A DNA stretch of 38,358 nt from the NCBI GenBank assembly GCA_054600435.1, contig BAAIJX010000103.1, positions 1 to 38,358 of the forward strand. The letters are read 5' to 3'. Numbering within the stretch: the first letter of the stretch is position 1; each line of letters begins with the position of its first letter. The translations under genes and the position numbers were made by a program. Under the pieces are notes generated by a model. It had not been told where the DNA came from. It saw only the letters and a program-made list of their open reading frames with translations, and did no database searches. Shown here in pieces: positions 1-10,332 of the stretch. The stretch is from Neophaeotheca triangularis. Lineage: Eukaryota.

Positions 1-120
1 CCCTAACCCTAACCCTAACCCTAACCCTAACCCTAACCCTAACCCTAACCCTAACCCTAACCCTAACCCTAACCCTAACCCTAACCCTAACCCTAACCCT
101 AACCCTAACCCTAACCCTAA
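1..120. repeat. Telomere, (CCCTAA)20 (TTAGGG-type), left chromosome end
   Basis: Twenty perfect CCCTAA units from base 1, C-rich strand on +, then an abrupt junction with non-repeat sequence at 121. Confidence 0.99.
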
Positions 121-2326
121 TTTCATCTTTTTTTCTATTCTTTTCTTTCTCTTCTTCTAGAGCTAGGGAAATTGCTCTCTTCTCCTCTTTAACCTTCTCT
201 AAGGTCTTAAGGAGCTTAGTATTTATGATCTATTTAGTATAATAGGTAGGGTTCCTAATAAGTATTAGGTATTACCTAAAAAAAAAAAAAAGATAAAAAA
301 CTTACTTAATATAAATCCCCTTATTAGTATCTTTCTTCCCTCCTTTCCTAATACCTCTAGGCTTAGAGATAGGAATAGAGATAAAGGGTAATAATATTAT
401 AGAAGTAAGGTTAGGGTAAAGGCCTAGGAAGACTTGAAAAGCAAAAGTATAGGTAGATATAGTAATAGGGAATTTTAATTATAGAAAGAAGTATCTTACT
501 TTCCTTAAAATTTAAGGGGGAAAGGAGTGCCCTTATATCTCCCTCCATTTATCTCTATCTTATCTCTAAGAACATAAGGTAGTCTAGAAAGGGAAGGCCC
601 TATCCTAAGAAAATCTAGAGTAACTTAAAGTACCTAGTACCTAAAATTAAGAAACTTCTAGGATTTTACTATATTTTAAGGCTATATCTAAGGAAGTACT
701 TACTTAATAGTAATAAAAGTTTATATATAGCTAGTATTAGTAGTATTAAGTAAATTGTTCTATTTAGATTAGTCTAAAAATCCTTAATAATACTAATATA
801 AGGGTTTTAATTTTAGAGTATTCTATAGATAGCTAGATATAAAGGCCTAAATACCTTATATACTCTTAGGTATATAGAGCTTTTTTATTCTTAATACTAT
901 GTTTTATAAGACCTAAAGCTTTAGAAACCCTTATCTAGACCCTAGCTTTAATAAGGAGCTAAGAGAGAAATAACTAAATAAGACATTCTATTATTATAGT
1001 AAGATCTATTAGTTTTAAATAAATATAATATTATCATCTTAATATATATATTATAAGCTATAGATTGTACTATTTAGCTTTCCTTATAGTTACTATCTAT
1101 ATTATTATACCTAGGTATATATTAAACATACTTTCTTTATATTAAGGTATACTAACCTATATATACTAGAAAATAGTAAAATAGGATATATTATGAATAT
1201 ATAAGTTCTAATAGAGCTAACCCTAAAGATTTTATAGTTATACCCCTATTACTACTATCTCTATACTAAATTTTAGTTTTAGGCTAAGGATCCTTATCTA
1301 CATACATTACTACTATTTATAGACTAATCCTTCGGCTAAAAGAGAGCTTAAGTATATCTAAAGAGAGCAGTATCTTCATATTACCTTATATATATCTTAA
1401 TCTTATTTACTTTATAATAATATATTACTCCCTATTATTTCTACTTTACCTTATTTACTATATTTCTTAACTTCCCTTTAACTTATAATAAACTACTAGA
1501 GCTTTAAGCTAAGTTACTTAAGAGCCTAAAGACCTTTTAAATACTATTATAATGTAGTAGTAGTCTAATATAATAGCGCTAGTCTAGAGATAGTCCCTAA
1601 AGTACTTTACTAGTAAGAGAGACCTTATTCTAATTTAGTCTTACTAGTACTACTAAGGGCCTCTACTACTATAAAGAGACTTTTAATATACTCTATTAAT
1701 CGCTAAAGATCTATATAAACCCTAAGAATACTATTATTTATATATACTAGAAGTTAGTCCTAAAATACTTTTATTATCCCTAAGATTCTTTACTTTAAAC
1801 TAGATTTAATTCTTTAATAACCTTAGTACACCCTTTAATACTTATATAGGCTTAGTATATAACTTCCTAAAGGGTTTAAAAGGCTAGGGTAAAGTTCCTA
1901 TTAAGTATAAACCCCTCCTATATTTTATAAGGCCTAAGTTCCTTAATATCTCTAACTCTAATCTAAAAGCCCTATTATTTAATTACTATACTAGGTATTC
2001 CTATACTTTTAAGCTATAAAGTAGCTATATAGACCCTAAAGAAGAAGACTATAACTTTAGATTTTACAAAATTACCCTTTTTAGAAATTAGGGTTATACC
2101 CTAAGGTCTAGGGCCTTTACCCTACCCTATTAAGAGACTTAAGTAAATCTAATGTTTTAATATGTTTTCTAGGGTATTTAAGCCCTTAGGAATCGATTCC
2201 TTACCTTAAAATATCGAAATTCCCGGTTCTACTACTAAAAAAATATTAATTTAAATTTGCTAGTAAAACAGACCGTTTTTTACTAGTATAAGTCAGTTCT
2301 ACTACTAAGTAGGGTAGTAGATACTC
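121..2326 (-). mobile_element. Probable RIP-destroyed DNA transposon relic (MULE-like guess), truncated by the telomere
   Basis: Relic minus-strand frame with a canonical intron (255-305: GTAAGT...CTAAT...TAG) and a basic/charged tail (KPRGIRKGGKKD...KLLKTLEKVKEEKR). Terminus-like structure at ~2226-2326: direct repeat GTTCTACTACTAA at 2226 and 2296, inverted TCTACTAC/GTAGTAGA at 2298/2314. No transposase catalytic motif recovered by eye. Confidence 0.35.
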
Positions 2327-2339
2327 TTTATAAACTTTT

Positions 2340-3320
2340 TCCCCTTATGTTCTAGGGTAATATAGTTCTTCTAAGGGCTATTACCCTTCTTATATCTACT
2401 ATAAGCTATATCTCCTTTATAAATCTTCCTTCCCTTAGTAGCTTATATTATAGTAGTAGGGAGGTAATTAGTATTCTTAGTTAAATATAGGTTAAACTTC
2501 TTTCTAGCTATCCTTATCTCTAGCTTATTCTTTAGGGCTAAGGACTTATTAGAAGTATAGAACTACTAAGCTTTAGCATTACGGAATTATAGTAGTATTT
2601 ACTTAACATTATCTAGTCTAAGGTTAACTATAACATAGCGGATTCTACGTAAAGTAGCTAGGTCTAGCGAAATGTAGTTAAGGACTAAAGATGTTAGTGA
2701 AAATTCTTACGACCTACTACTAGTAAACTAGCTAAACTTACTTAGTATAGCTAACTAATTTAGGTTATATATAGTATAAGTTAAAGGAGTACTAGTTAGG
2801 GGCTTCTTACTACTACTAGAGCTACCTACACTACCTATTATACTTTAGTTAATAGTAGCTATATTACTATTAGTACTAAAGCTACTATTAGTACTAAAGG
2901 TACTAAAGCTAAAGTTATTATTAGTATTACTAGTGTAAGACCGAGACTAAAACTCGGTTAAGATTATAGTATAGCGAGGGTAGAGCGTAATAATAGTAAT
3001 AATAGTAATAGTCCTTTAATATAGAAACTATTCGATAGTAGACAGGAGACTTCACTATTAGCTATCTCATATACTTTCGTAGTATATACGCTTAGTACTC
3101 CTAAGCTACTCCGAGCTTAGGCTACTATTATCCTACTAGCGCTATAGTCATGACAACTAGCTAGTATTAGTAAAGAAGCTATTAGTATTAGTAGAAGGTA
3201 AAGCTATTAGTAAAGCTATTAGTATTAAGGTAACTAGTAAAGACAAGACTAGTTATTAGTTATAGTAGTAGGAAGGGTTAAAGAACTATAGTAGGAGGAG
3301 TAGGCCTTTTTATAGTACTA
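2340..3320 (-). pseudogene. RIP-decayed intron-containing gene of unknown family
   Basis: Minus strand shows TATAAAA (~3308-3314), a pyrimidine-rich leader and a textbook 57-nt intron at 2685-2741 (GTAAGT...CACTAAC...TAG). The downstream frame is protein-like but broken by TAA/TAG stops typical of RIP. Confidence 0.45.
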
Positions 3321-4467
3321 TGTTCTTTTAGGAGCTTTCTAAAAGTAATAGTAAAACACCTTTTACCTATTACTAGTAACGTCTACATAATAACGTATAG
3401 TAGCGCGTAGTAGTAGTAACTACTACAACATAGTATTTACATATTCACTACTAAAAAGGGTATTTACATGTTACTTAATAGTAGGGAGAGTATTGTAATA
3501 AGCTATACTATATAGTATGTAATAGCATATGCCTAAGGTAGAAGCCGTAATCTGTCTTTATAGGCTTTACTGTAAAGCACCTAGTTTAGTCCTTAGTAAT
3601 TAATCAATCAATCGAGTTCGTGCCGCTACATATTATAACAACATGAACGCGAAAAATCATTGGGGTCGGGATTATGACGGCTAGTCGAGCTCGGAGTACG
3701 GCTCCGACGATAGCGCAGAATACGAGTGCTATACCTACTTCAAGTCTCTCTTGTCGCAGAACGCTGTCGATCAACACGCACGCGTGACGCGACACAGGCT
3801 ACTGATCTTGAGGGGCATACGAAAGGACGGAGGGGGTACTTTGAGCCCTCGTAGAGCGACCGCTTAGAGAGACTACGATTTCTTGCGGCGAGAGAGGTTT
3901 ATTCAAATCTCGGTTCCGTGAGTCTGTCGGCGCTACGTATTCGGGAGTGCTAGACTACTAATCCACCCGGGGTTCTATGTTTATTTCGAGGGGGATCTTC
4001 CAGCGCCGTATGTCTGTCTGCACCACCGAACAATGTATTTTCTTCATTGATACCGAGCTTGCTGCATCACCGGCAGTGAGCACGATGCCGGGTACCATCT
4101 TGTCCGGCATCGCCAAAGCTCGATTGTAGTCGCAGCGCGAGACCTATTTACTTCAACCAAGGCAGTGTTGTAGCTCGCAACGCCTCCTTGCTTCGGCTTG
4201 ATACGATCATCGTCGTCAAATCCATAGCTTTATCAAACACAAATGTGCTCATGTGCTGCCTTCGATTTCAGACCTACCAGGCAAATACCGCGTCAATCTA
4301 CGAGTAGTACTCCGCAGAGTCCCTACCGCTGTTGCTCTCCTGAATCTGGCGAATGTTCGTGGTTGGTTACACCTACTCCCGCTGTTCTAGACAAACAGCA
4401 TACACTGAATGACCTAAAAGACAACCCGAAGACCGCAAATGGTCACTGAACGGGCATGAGCGGGTCG

Positions 4468-5057
4468 GCGGGGCGGTCCTCAATTTACGTGGAGAAATGT
4501 GGGGAACCTGATAGACGTCGAAGCATCCATGGATATTTTAGATGTGTCTCGACTGCAATCGAACTTTACAACTTCAATACTCATCAGACCAAGGCTTGGG
4601 GGTTTGCTAAGTTTTCCAATGTTCTGGCCTTCCAGCATCTCCAGACGCTGGGGTCTGACGCCCAGACTCTTGTCAGACCTTGGCTGCATGGCAAAGATTC
4701 GTGCCAACCTTGCCAGAGCCCTGTTGCCATTGGACGAGCTGTCCTTGCTTGTAGCTTATACTTTCCCCCATTGTATTGGCACGGGACTGCATCACCACAC
4801 ACTCACCTTGTGACTACGGGAGGGAGTACTACCAAGCCTCTTTGCGGCAAATGGCGGAGGGCAGTGTTTGCCAGCATGTGCAGGCCAAGCGCTTCTCGCC
4901 CACGGGGGAGGTGTGGGGTTGACAGTGGAGACGGTTCAGGAAGTGTTGCAGCGTTGCTACATAAGTCGCCGACCTCCCTCTCATACCAATGCATTGCGAC
5001 TTGTTGAAGGACTCAGAGACCGTTATCAACACCCAACCCCAGCCCCGTGCCCTCCAC
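4468..5057 (+). promoter_or_regulatory. Cluster of CreA/Cre1-type SYGGRG sites upstream of the MFS transporter
   Basis: SYGGRG matches on either strand at 4468, 4489, 4499, 4639, 4648, 4854, 4913, 4925, 5037 and 5052. Confidence 0.45.
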
Positions 5058-5089
5058 CACCTTCGCCGTTACGGTAGCTTTCCACCACC

Positions 5090-6944
5090 ATGAGCAACAA
5101 CTTTCCCCTGGACAAGGATGGTCCCCATAAGATCCCAGAGAAAGTCGGCGATGAAGTCGTTCACGCTGATATGCCGGTAGTCAGCGACGATGCCACCGAG
5201 AACCGATATTATGCTCAATTCACCGCCGCGGACCCAGAATGGCACAAAGCTTTCGAGAAGAAGTTGCTGCGCAAGGTCGACTTCCGACTGATCCCATTGA
5301 TGATCATCATGTACCTGAACAATTTCATGGATCGGTCAGCGCTGGGACAAGCTCGACTCGGGACGTTGGAAGCGGATCTCAACATGTCTGGAACAGACTT
5401 CAACCTTTCTGTGTCTATCCTCTTCGTCGGATACTTGACAATGCAGCTGCCGTCGAACCTTCTAATCTCGCGCGTGCGCCCTTCCTGGTATCTCGGAGGC
5501 GTCATGTTGATCTGGGGTGCAGTTTGCACCAGTACTGCAGCTGTGAATAGTTTCACGGGTTTGTTGGTTGTCCGGGTCTTCCTGGGTGTCACTGAGGCCC
5601 CTTTCTTCCCGTAAGAAAGAGCATCCCCGAGAGCACCACGAGAAATTGAGCTGACTTGTCGTTATAGAGGTGTCATCTTCCTCATGAGCTCATGGTACAC
5701 TCGTAATGAATTGACGAAACGCATTGCGTGGTTCTACGGTGGTGTGGCTCTAGCCAACATGTTCAGTGGCCTCATTGCAGCAGCCGTGCTCTCGGACCCA
5801 AGCAGCGGCGGCATTGGTCTCGAAGGCAGAGCGGGCCTTGCTGGATGGCGATGGTGAGTCCTGGGTGGTGTCAAAGTACGAGAGAGCTTTTCCTAACCAG
5901 AGCTGCTAGGCTCTTCATCGTCAACGGTGCCCTCTCGATGTTCTTCGCTATCCTCTGCACCATGATCATCCCCAATTTTCCAAAGACCACCAAGTGGCTT
6001 ACGGAAGAGCAGCAAATGTACGCCACTTGGCGCTTGAAGATGGACGCCGAAGAGGAAGACGAGACCCATGCCACCACGCTCTGGCAGGGCCTGAAATATG
6101 CGCTCAAGGACTACCGTCTCTACATCTTCATGCTGCTGCAGCACCTTTCCATCTTGACGCAAACATTCCAGTACTTGTTCCCTTCAATTGTAGGGACACT
6201 GAACTACGGACGGATCGAAACCCTGCTGTTGACGGTAAGTCTCCTTGATACGCGATGCTCTCGTAGCTTCGATGCTGACTAGCTACAGGTCCCCGTTTGG
6301 GCAGCTACTTGGATTGCGGCGCTGGCTGTTACCTGGACTGCTGACAAGACCGGCGATCGTTCGTTGCACATCATGGCTCTCTTGACCGTCTCTGCCGTAG
6401 GCAACGCCATCGTCGCGGGCTCAACCAGCGTCGGAGCTCGATTCTTTGGCATGTTCTTGGTAAGCCTCTTCCTTCTCTCCATGCGATGACAAACACATAT
6501 TCTGACTTGGCCCCTACAGATGCCGATGGGCGCCGTCCCGGCTTTCCAAATCATCGTCGCATGGATCGCAAACTCCTTCATCCGTCCAATGGTCAAACGC
6601 TCCGCAGGTAAGCTACATCAGTTCTGTAGCCTCATGCTGCGAGGTCTGTACTAACGCGCCGAACAGCTATCGCCATTTGCAACGCTATCGGCAACTGCGC
6701 CTCCATCTACGGCACCTACTTGTACCCTGACGCACACGAACCGCAATACATGCCCGGAAGTGCTGGCAACGCTGGAGTCTGCGTTGTTGTCGCTCTGCTC
6801 GCTCTGACACTCCGCATCATTCATCAGAGAGAGAATAAGAAACTTGAGAAGCTGGAGCAGGAAGGCGTTGCTGATCCCGCGGGAGTGGCTGTGAAAGATA
6901 AGAAGGGCGACCAGAGGAACTTTGGCTTCAGGTATATTTACTGA
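5090..6944 (+). CDS. MFS transporter, anion:cation symporter (Dal5/Tna1 allantoate permease-like) family
   Basis: Six exons: 5090-5610, 5668-5853, 5910-6234, 6289-6459, 6520-6607, 6667-6944; all five introns GT-AG with CTRAC branch sites and frame-preserving. Motifs EKKLLRKVDFRLIP, NFMDRSALGQA, EAPFFPG..SSWYTRNEL..R, GWRWLF, KWLTEE, RENKK, C-terminal FRYIY. Confidence 0.95.
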
Positions 6945-6958
6945 TTGATTGTTTCGAG

Positions 6959-7456
6959 TTAAAGGCTGCGGCAGGATGCCATAATTAGCAAGAATATGAG
7001 AAAATGTCTTAGAAGATATACAGCCCTTTCCCGCAAAGTGTCACGCGGTCCGTGTTCGAGGTTTGTACTGGGCAGACTTGCTCGAAACGGCCCGGAAGGT
7101 AGATTCTCGTAGCCAGCCGAGGGAATAAGTTTCGGCTGCCATTGATCACTAATGATGGGTTCGACGTCTTCTATCAGCGCTCCACGGATCATTACGTTCG
7201 GCAGGAGCCCTTCCGAGAAGACGTCGTCAGTCGTCAAGAATTATAAGAGTTCAGCCAGCAAGCTCTCCGGTGTAAGCTCGCCTAAACTAAAATATGTAGA
7301 CGGCGTTACGCAGCTGACAAGAGAGCGTTCTTCGGTGACCCAACTCTCTACCGCATCTGGCGAATAATATGTGGTATCATTGAGCTGACGAGTCAGTGCT
7401 GCTAATGAAGTGCTCGAGGTGACCAGAGCGGCCAGTACAAAAATTGCGAATAATAT
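6959..7456 (-). pseudogene. Truncated secreted amidase-like (Arp1 N-terminal-type) gene fragment
   Basis: One frame from 7456: start appears mutated ATG>ATA (CAAC context), signal peptide LFAIFVLAALVTSSTSLA, LNDTTYY, in-frame TAA at 7241-7243, then FLTTDDVFSEG and LPSGPF, which resemble the N-terminal motifs of fungal secreted amidases. The amidase signature domain is absent. Confidence 0.6.
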
Positions 7457-7644
7457 GTTGCTGTTGTGATGTAAAAGTGAACAAGCCGCAAGGAAAGACA
7501 GAAGGGCAGGTAGAGAGTCTTGACTTATACCTTGTCTAACGAGCTGCGCTTGTACTTGGCCTGCAGCCTTATCTTTGCAAGACCCACAGCATAGATAGCG
7601 ACATGATATGTCGAACGCGTTTTGGTTATTCCTTCAAAAACAAA

Positions 7645-7777
7645 TCGTTGTTAGCCATCGGCGAAGAAACGTTACACCAACTCGGTCGCAAGGCGCCACA
7701 CCATCAAGACGGCTCGTGCTGCCTATGCCCCTTACCCAGCCCCGAGTCGCTGTTAGCCATCGGCGAAGAAACGGTAC
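7645..7777 (+). repeat. 31-bp imperfect direct repeat with a 23-bp identical core, 102 bp apart
   Basis: TGTTAGCCATCGGCGAAGAAACG at 7649-7671 and 7751-7773. Confidence 0.9.
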
Positions 7778-8093
7778 GTGGGTCGGAGCCGACGTCCGGA
7801 TAATTGCCTGTGCTAAAGAGACTCGCTGAGCGCTTAGAGATGCACTACTTCCTCAAGCTTCGTAGAGCAAACAAGCGCTTAAGTATGACGTGCATGCGGT
7901 ACCCTGACAACCTTCTAATATCTTCATCGAGCTTGCCAGGATTTCACGGTTTGTAGACGAGCAAAAGTCCTGTGAACCAGCACTTAACAGCTATACACAG
8001 CAGCGAGTTGGTAAATCCGCGACGCAGTCGATGGCGCATCCCGGAGCTCGGCCAAGGTGTATATATTTACTTACTCTATCATCAAGTGAGAGC

Positions 8094-9473
8094 CTAGCAA
8101 GGACCACGATTCTCTAGCAGCCTGTTACCCGCTTCGACAAAGTAAAAGTCACCGTAGGTCAGTCCAGAGTCGTAAATCAAGTCATCCGCTCGTGGATTGT
8201 TGTTACTCGTACCATGCATGAGGATGCTTTCGAAGCCTCTGGACTCAGTCGTGTTTGCCGGAGTATCGACGAAAGTTTCAGCGCCTCGGGGCGGCAGGTT
8301 GGCAAAGGTAACTTCGCCTGCGAGCGCAAGGGCGACGCTAGCTTCGAGTAGCTTCTCTGCCGCTGCCCGGTAATCGTGGCGTGGCTTGTCGTGGCGTTGA
8401 CTGTGCTTTGATCTCAGATCGATTTGCTCCTGAAGCAAGATCATGCCGCTCGCGGCAACTGCTGCGGCACTCGTGTCGCGCGGTGTGACGTCCGGAACGA
8501 ACTCTGCGTCGAAGTCCCAAAACGGTAGGCCGTCCGCTGGAAGATGCTCGATGAACCAGTCTGCCATGCGCCTCGCAGTGTCGAGGTACCTTTGCTCGCC
8601 TGTTAGCGAGTAGAACTCTGCAAAGCCGTATATACCCCACGCCTGTCCTCGCGCCCACGTGCTGTTGTCGGCGAGACCCTGAGCGGTGCGACATAGATAG
8701 AGATCGCCGTTCGTCTCGCTGTAGTCACAGACGTGGAAAGAGGAGCCATCTGAACGGACGTGGTTCTGGATCGTCTTGTCTGCATGCTCGCGGGCGATGT
8801 CCAAGTGTGTAGAGTTGTGCGTGTAATTGGACGCTGAACGAGCCAAGAGCGCGAGGTTCATCATGTTGTCGATGATGACGAGAAGAGAGTCGTCGTGCGA
8901 GCACCACGAGTAGCTTGAGCTGTTGTTGCAATCCCACGACCTGATGACCCCTGCTGCGGGATGGAAGCGTGCTGCGAGATTCACCGACATGTTTTGCACC
9001 ACAGGGAGGTATTCGTTCGAATACTCCACCGCCATTGCGCTCTCGAAGGGCTTGGCCATGAAGCCAAGGTCGTGGGTGCTAGTCAAGTTGATGTTCGTCT
9101 GCAAAGGATCTGTCCAGGCCTTGGCCATAGCCAGCCAGTTCTCAGGAGAGGGCTCGCAGGGAAAAGCAACGCCGTCCGAGAGATCTCGGCGTCGACGGTA
9201 CGCCTGCCACATGCTGTCGGGGAAGAATCCTGAGATCCACGCCCTGGCTGACTCCTTGCCGTATGTACCGGTCAGCACGCCGAGCTCCGGGGTGTTGTTA
9301 TGGGCGCCTTGGGTGTAGTGTGGCCAGCCTCGCTCATCGTCGTACGTAGGCGGTCCAGACAAGGCCGTTCTCCACAAGCGTGCGTATACATTCTCGCCGA
9401 AGACGCCTGAAAGGTCGCTGAGAGCGGCGGAGGAGCCCCCAATCAGACTGAGGAAGATGGCAGTGTTGCGCAT
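8094..9473 (-). CDS. Secreted glycoside hydrolase family 88 (unsaturated glucuronyl hydrolase-like), 459 aa, intronless
   Basis: Signal peptide MRNTAIFLSLIGGSSA; GH88 motifs WISGFFP, THDLGF, IRSWD, IIDNMMNL, TAQG...STWARGQAWGIYGF, WDF, RDTSAAA, YGDFYFVEA. Confidence 0.93.
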   Translation of the reverse strand: MRNTAIFLSLIGGSSAALSDLSGVFGENVYARLWRTALSGPPTYDDERGWPHYTQGAHNNTPELGVLTGTYGKESARAWISGFFPDSMWQAYRRRRDLSDGVAFPCEPSPENWLAMAKAWTDPLQTNINLTSTHDLGFMAKPFESAMAVEYSNEYLPVVQNMSVNLAARFHPAAGVIRSWDCNNSSSYSWCSHDDSLLVIIDNMMNLALLARSASNYTHNSTHLDIAREHADKTIQNHVRSDGSSFHVCDYSETNGDLYLCRTAQGLADNSTWARGQAWGIYGFAEFYSLTGEQRYLDTARRMADWFIEHLPADGLPFWDFDAEFVPDVTPRDTSAAAVAASGMILLQEQIDLRSKHSQRHDKPRHDYRAAAEKLLEASVALALAGEVTFANLPPRGAETFVDTPANTTESRGFESILMHGTSNNNPRADDLIYDSGLTYGDFYFVEAGNRLLENRGPC

Positions 9474-10332
9474 GTTGTGCCTTGCGAAGAGTTTATGACT
9501 GAAATGCTGCTCATGGCTCGAGGCAGGCCAGACGGTTCGTTATATGTCCATTGTGCCATCCTCATCAGCTTCCCTGCCGCCTTCGCGTCCTGAGCCTCCT
9601 TGCTCTTTTGCGGGGTTCCAAGACATCTTGCACCGGGTCGTATCCGTGAGTGGTGCGAAATCGGGTAATTAGCATCCGAAGAAAGAGGAGTTGTTAATAC
9701 ATACAGGTACAAATGTGGAGGGATCGGGAAGGATTCAAGTCGTAGTAACTCGGGCGCTCTTTTGAAAGATGGCGGCCTTTAACCTTTTAAGCGAGCTTGG
9801 TGTAGTCCTTTCGAGCTTGCCAAGACCAACATACCAACAAACCAACAACTGAGCCTCACGGGGCTGTGAAAGGAATTGCGCAGTCCGAAGAGCACGCTTC
9901 ACATTCTAACATTTCCTTGGAACGCCACCAACAGGCAATAGACGATTGGACTTGGAAATATCATTCCATGCACGTATGAGAATCCTCAGCAGGAAGCAGT
10001 AGGTCTAAATTCGGAGAGTCTAAACGCCCCCGAGCATCCCTCTACTAGCAGTGCAAAGATCTATGAATACCACAAGGACTCAGGCAGGCTAGATGAATAG
10101 CGAACCTCGAATCTATAAGTATGTCCTACCCCCTACCTACGCTCTTCAAGTCGAGAGCATCGGCAGCTACAATCAAACTCCCAATTCAAGAGTATCGACG
10201 ACTACCATTCGAAGCATCAAAACGCTATCATCTATCATCAACGTCGAAAGCCTTCACAGTTACAGTTACAGATTTGCTCGTCATCTTACACCTTCACAAA
10301 ACCACACCATCTCTTGCTCCCCACTAGCCAAA

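Larger units (their letters stand above)
121..3605. repeat. AT-rich subtelomeric region inactivated by repeat-induced point mutation (RIP)
   Basis: Very high AT, strong TpA excess, near absence of CpA/TpG, no ORF >=60 aa in the ORF track. Composition normalises gradually over ~3600-4450. Confidence 0.92.

Noticed and set aside
2088..2104. Head-to-head TTAGGG-TTATA-CCCTAA as a telomere fusion scar
   Set aside because: Only single units, in RIP-mutated DNA where TAGG/CCTA words are enriched.
121..3600. Telomere-linked RecQ helicase
   Set aside because: No Walker A, DEAH or other helicase motif recognisable; not excluded without deRIP, but unsupported.
4760..4860. GaaR-type galacturonate response elements (TCCNCCAAT)
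   Set aside because: Only near matches (TCCNCCATT), no exact site.
4243..5077. Overlapping short ORFs upstream of the MFS gene
   Set aside because: No domain-like sequence or codon bias; best explained as promoter DNA.
7645..7777. CRISPR-like repeat-spacer
   Set aside because: Only two repeats, eukaryotic context, no cas genes.
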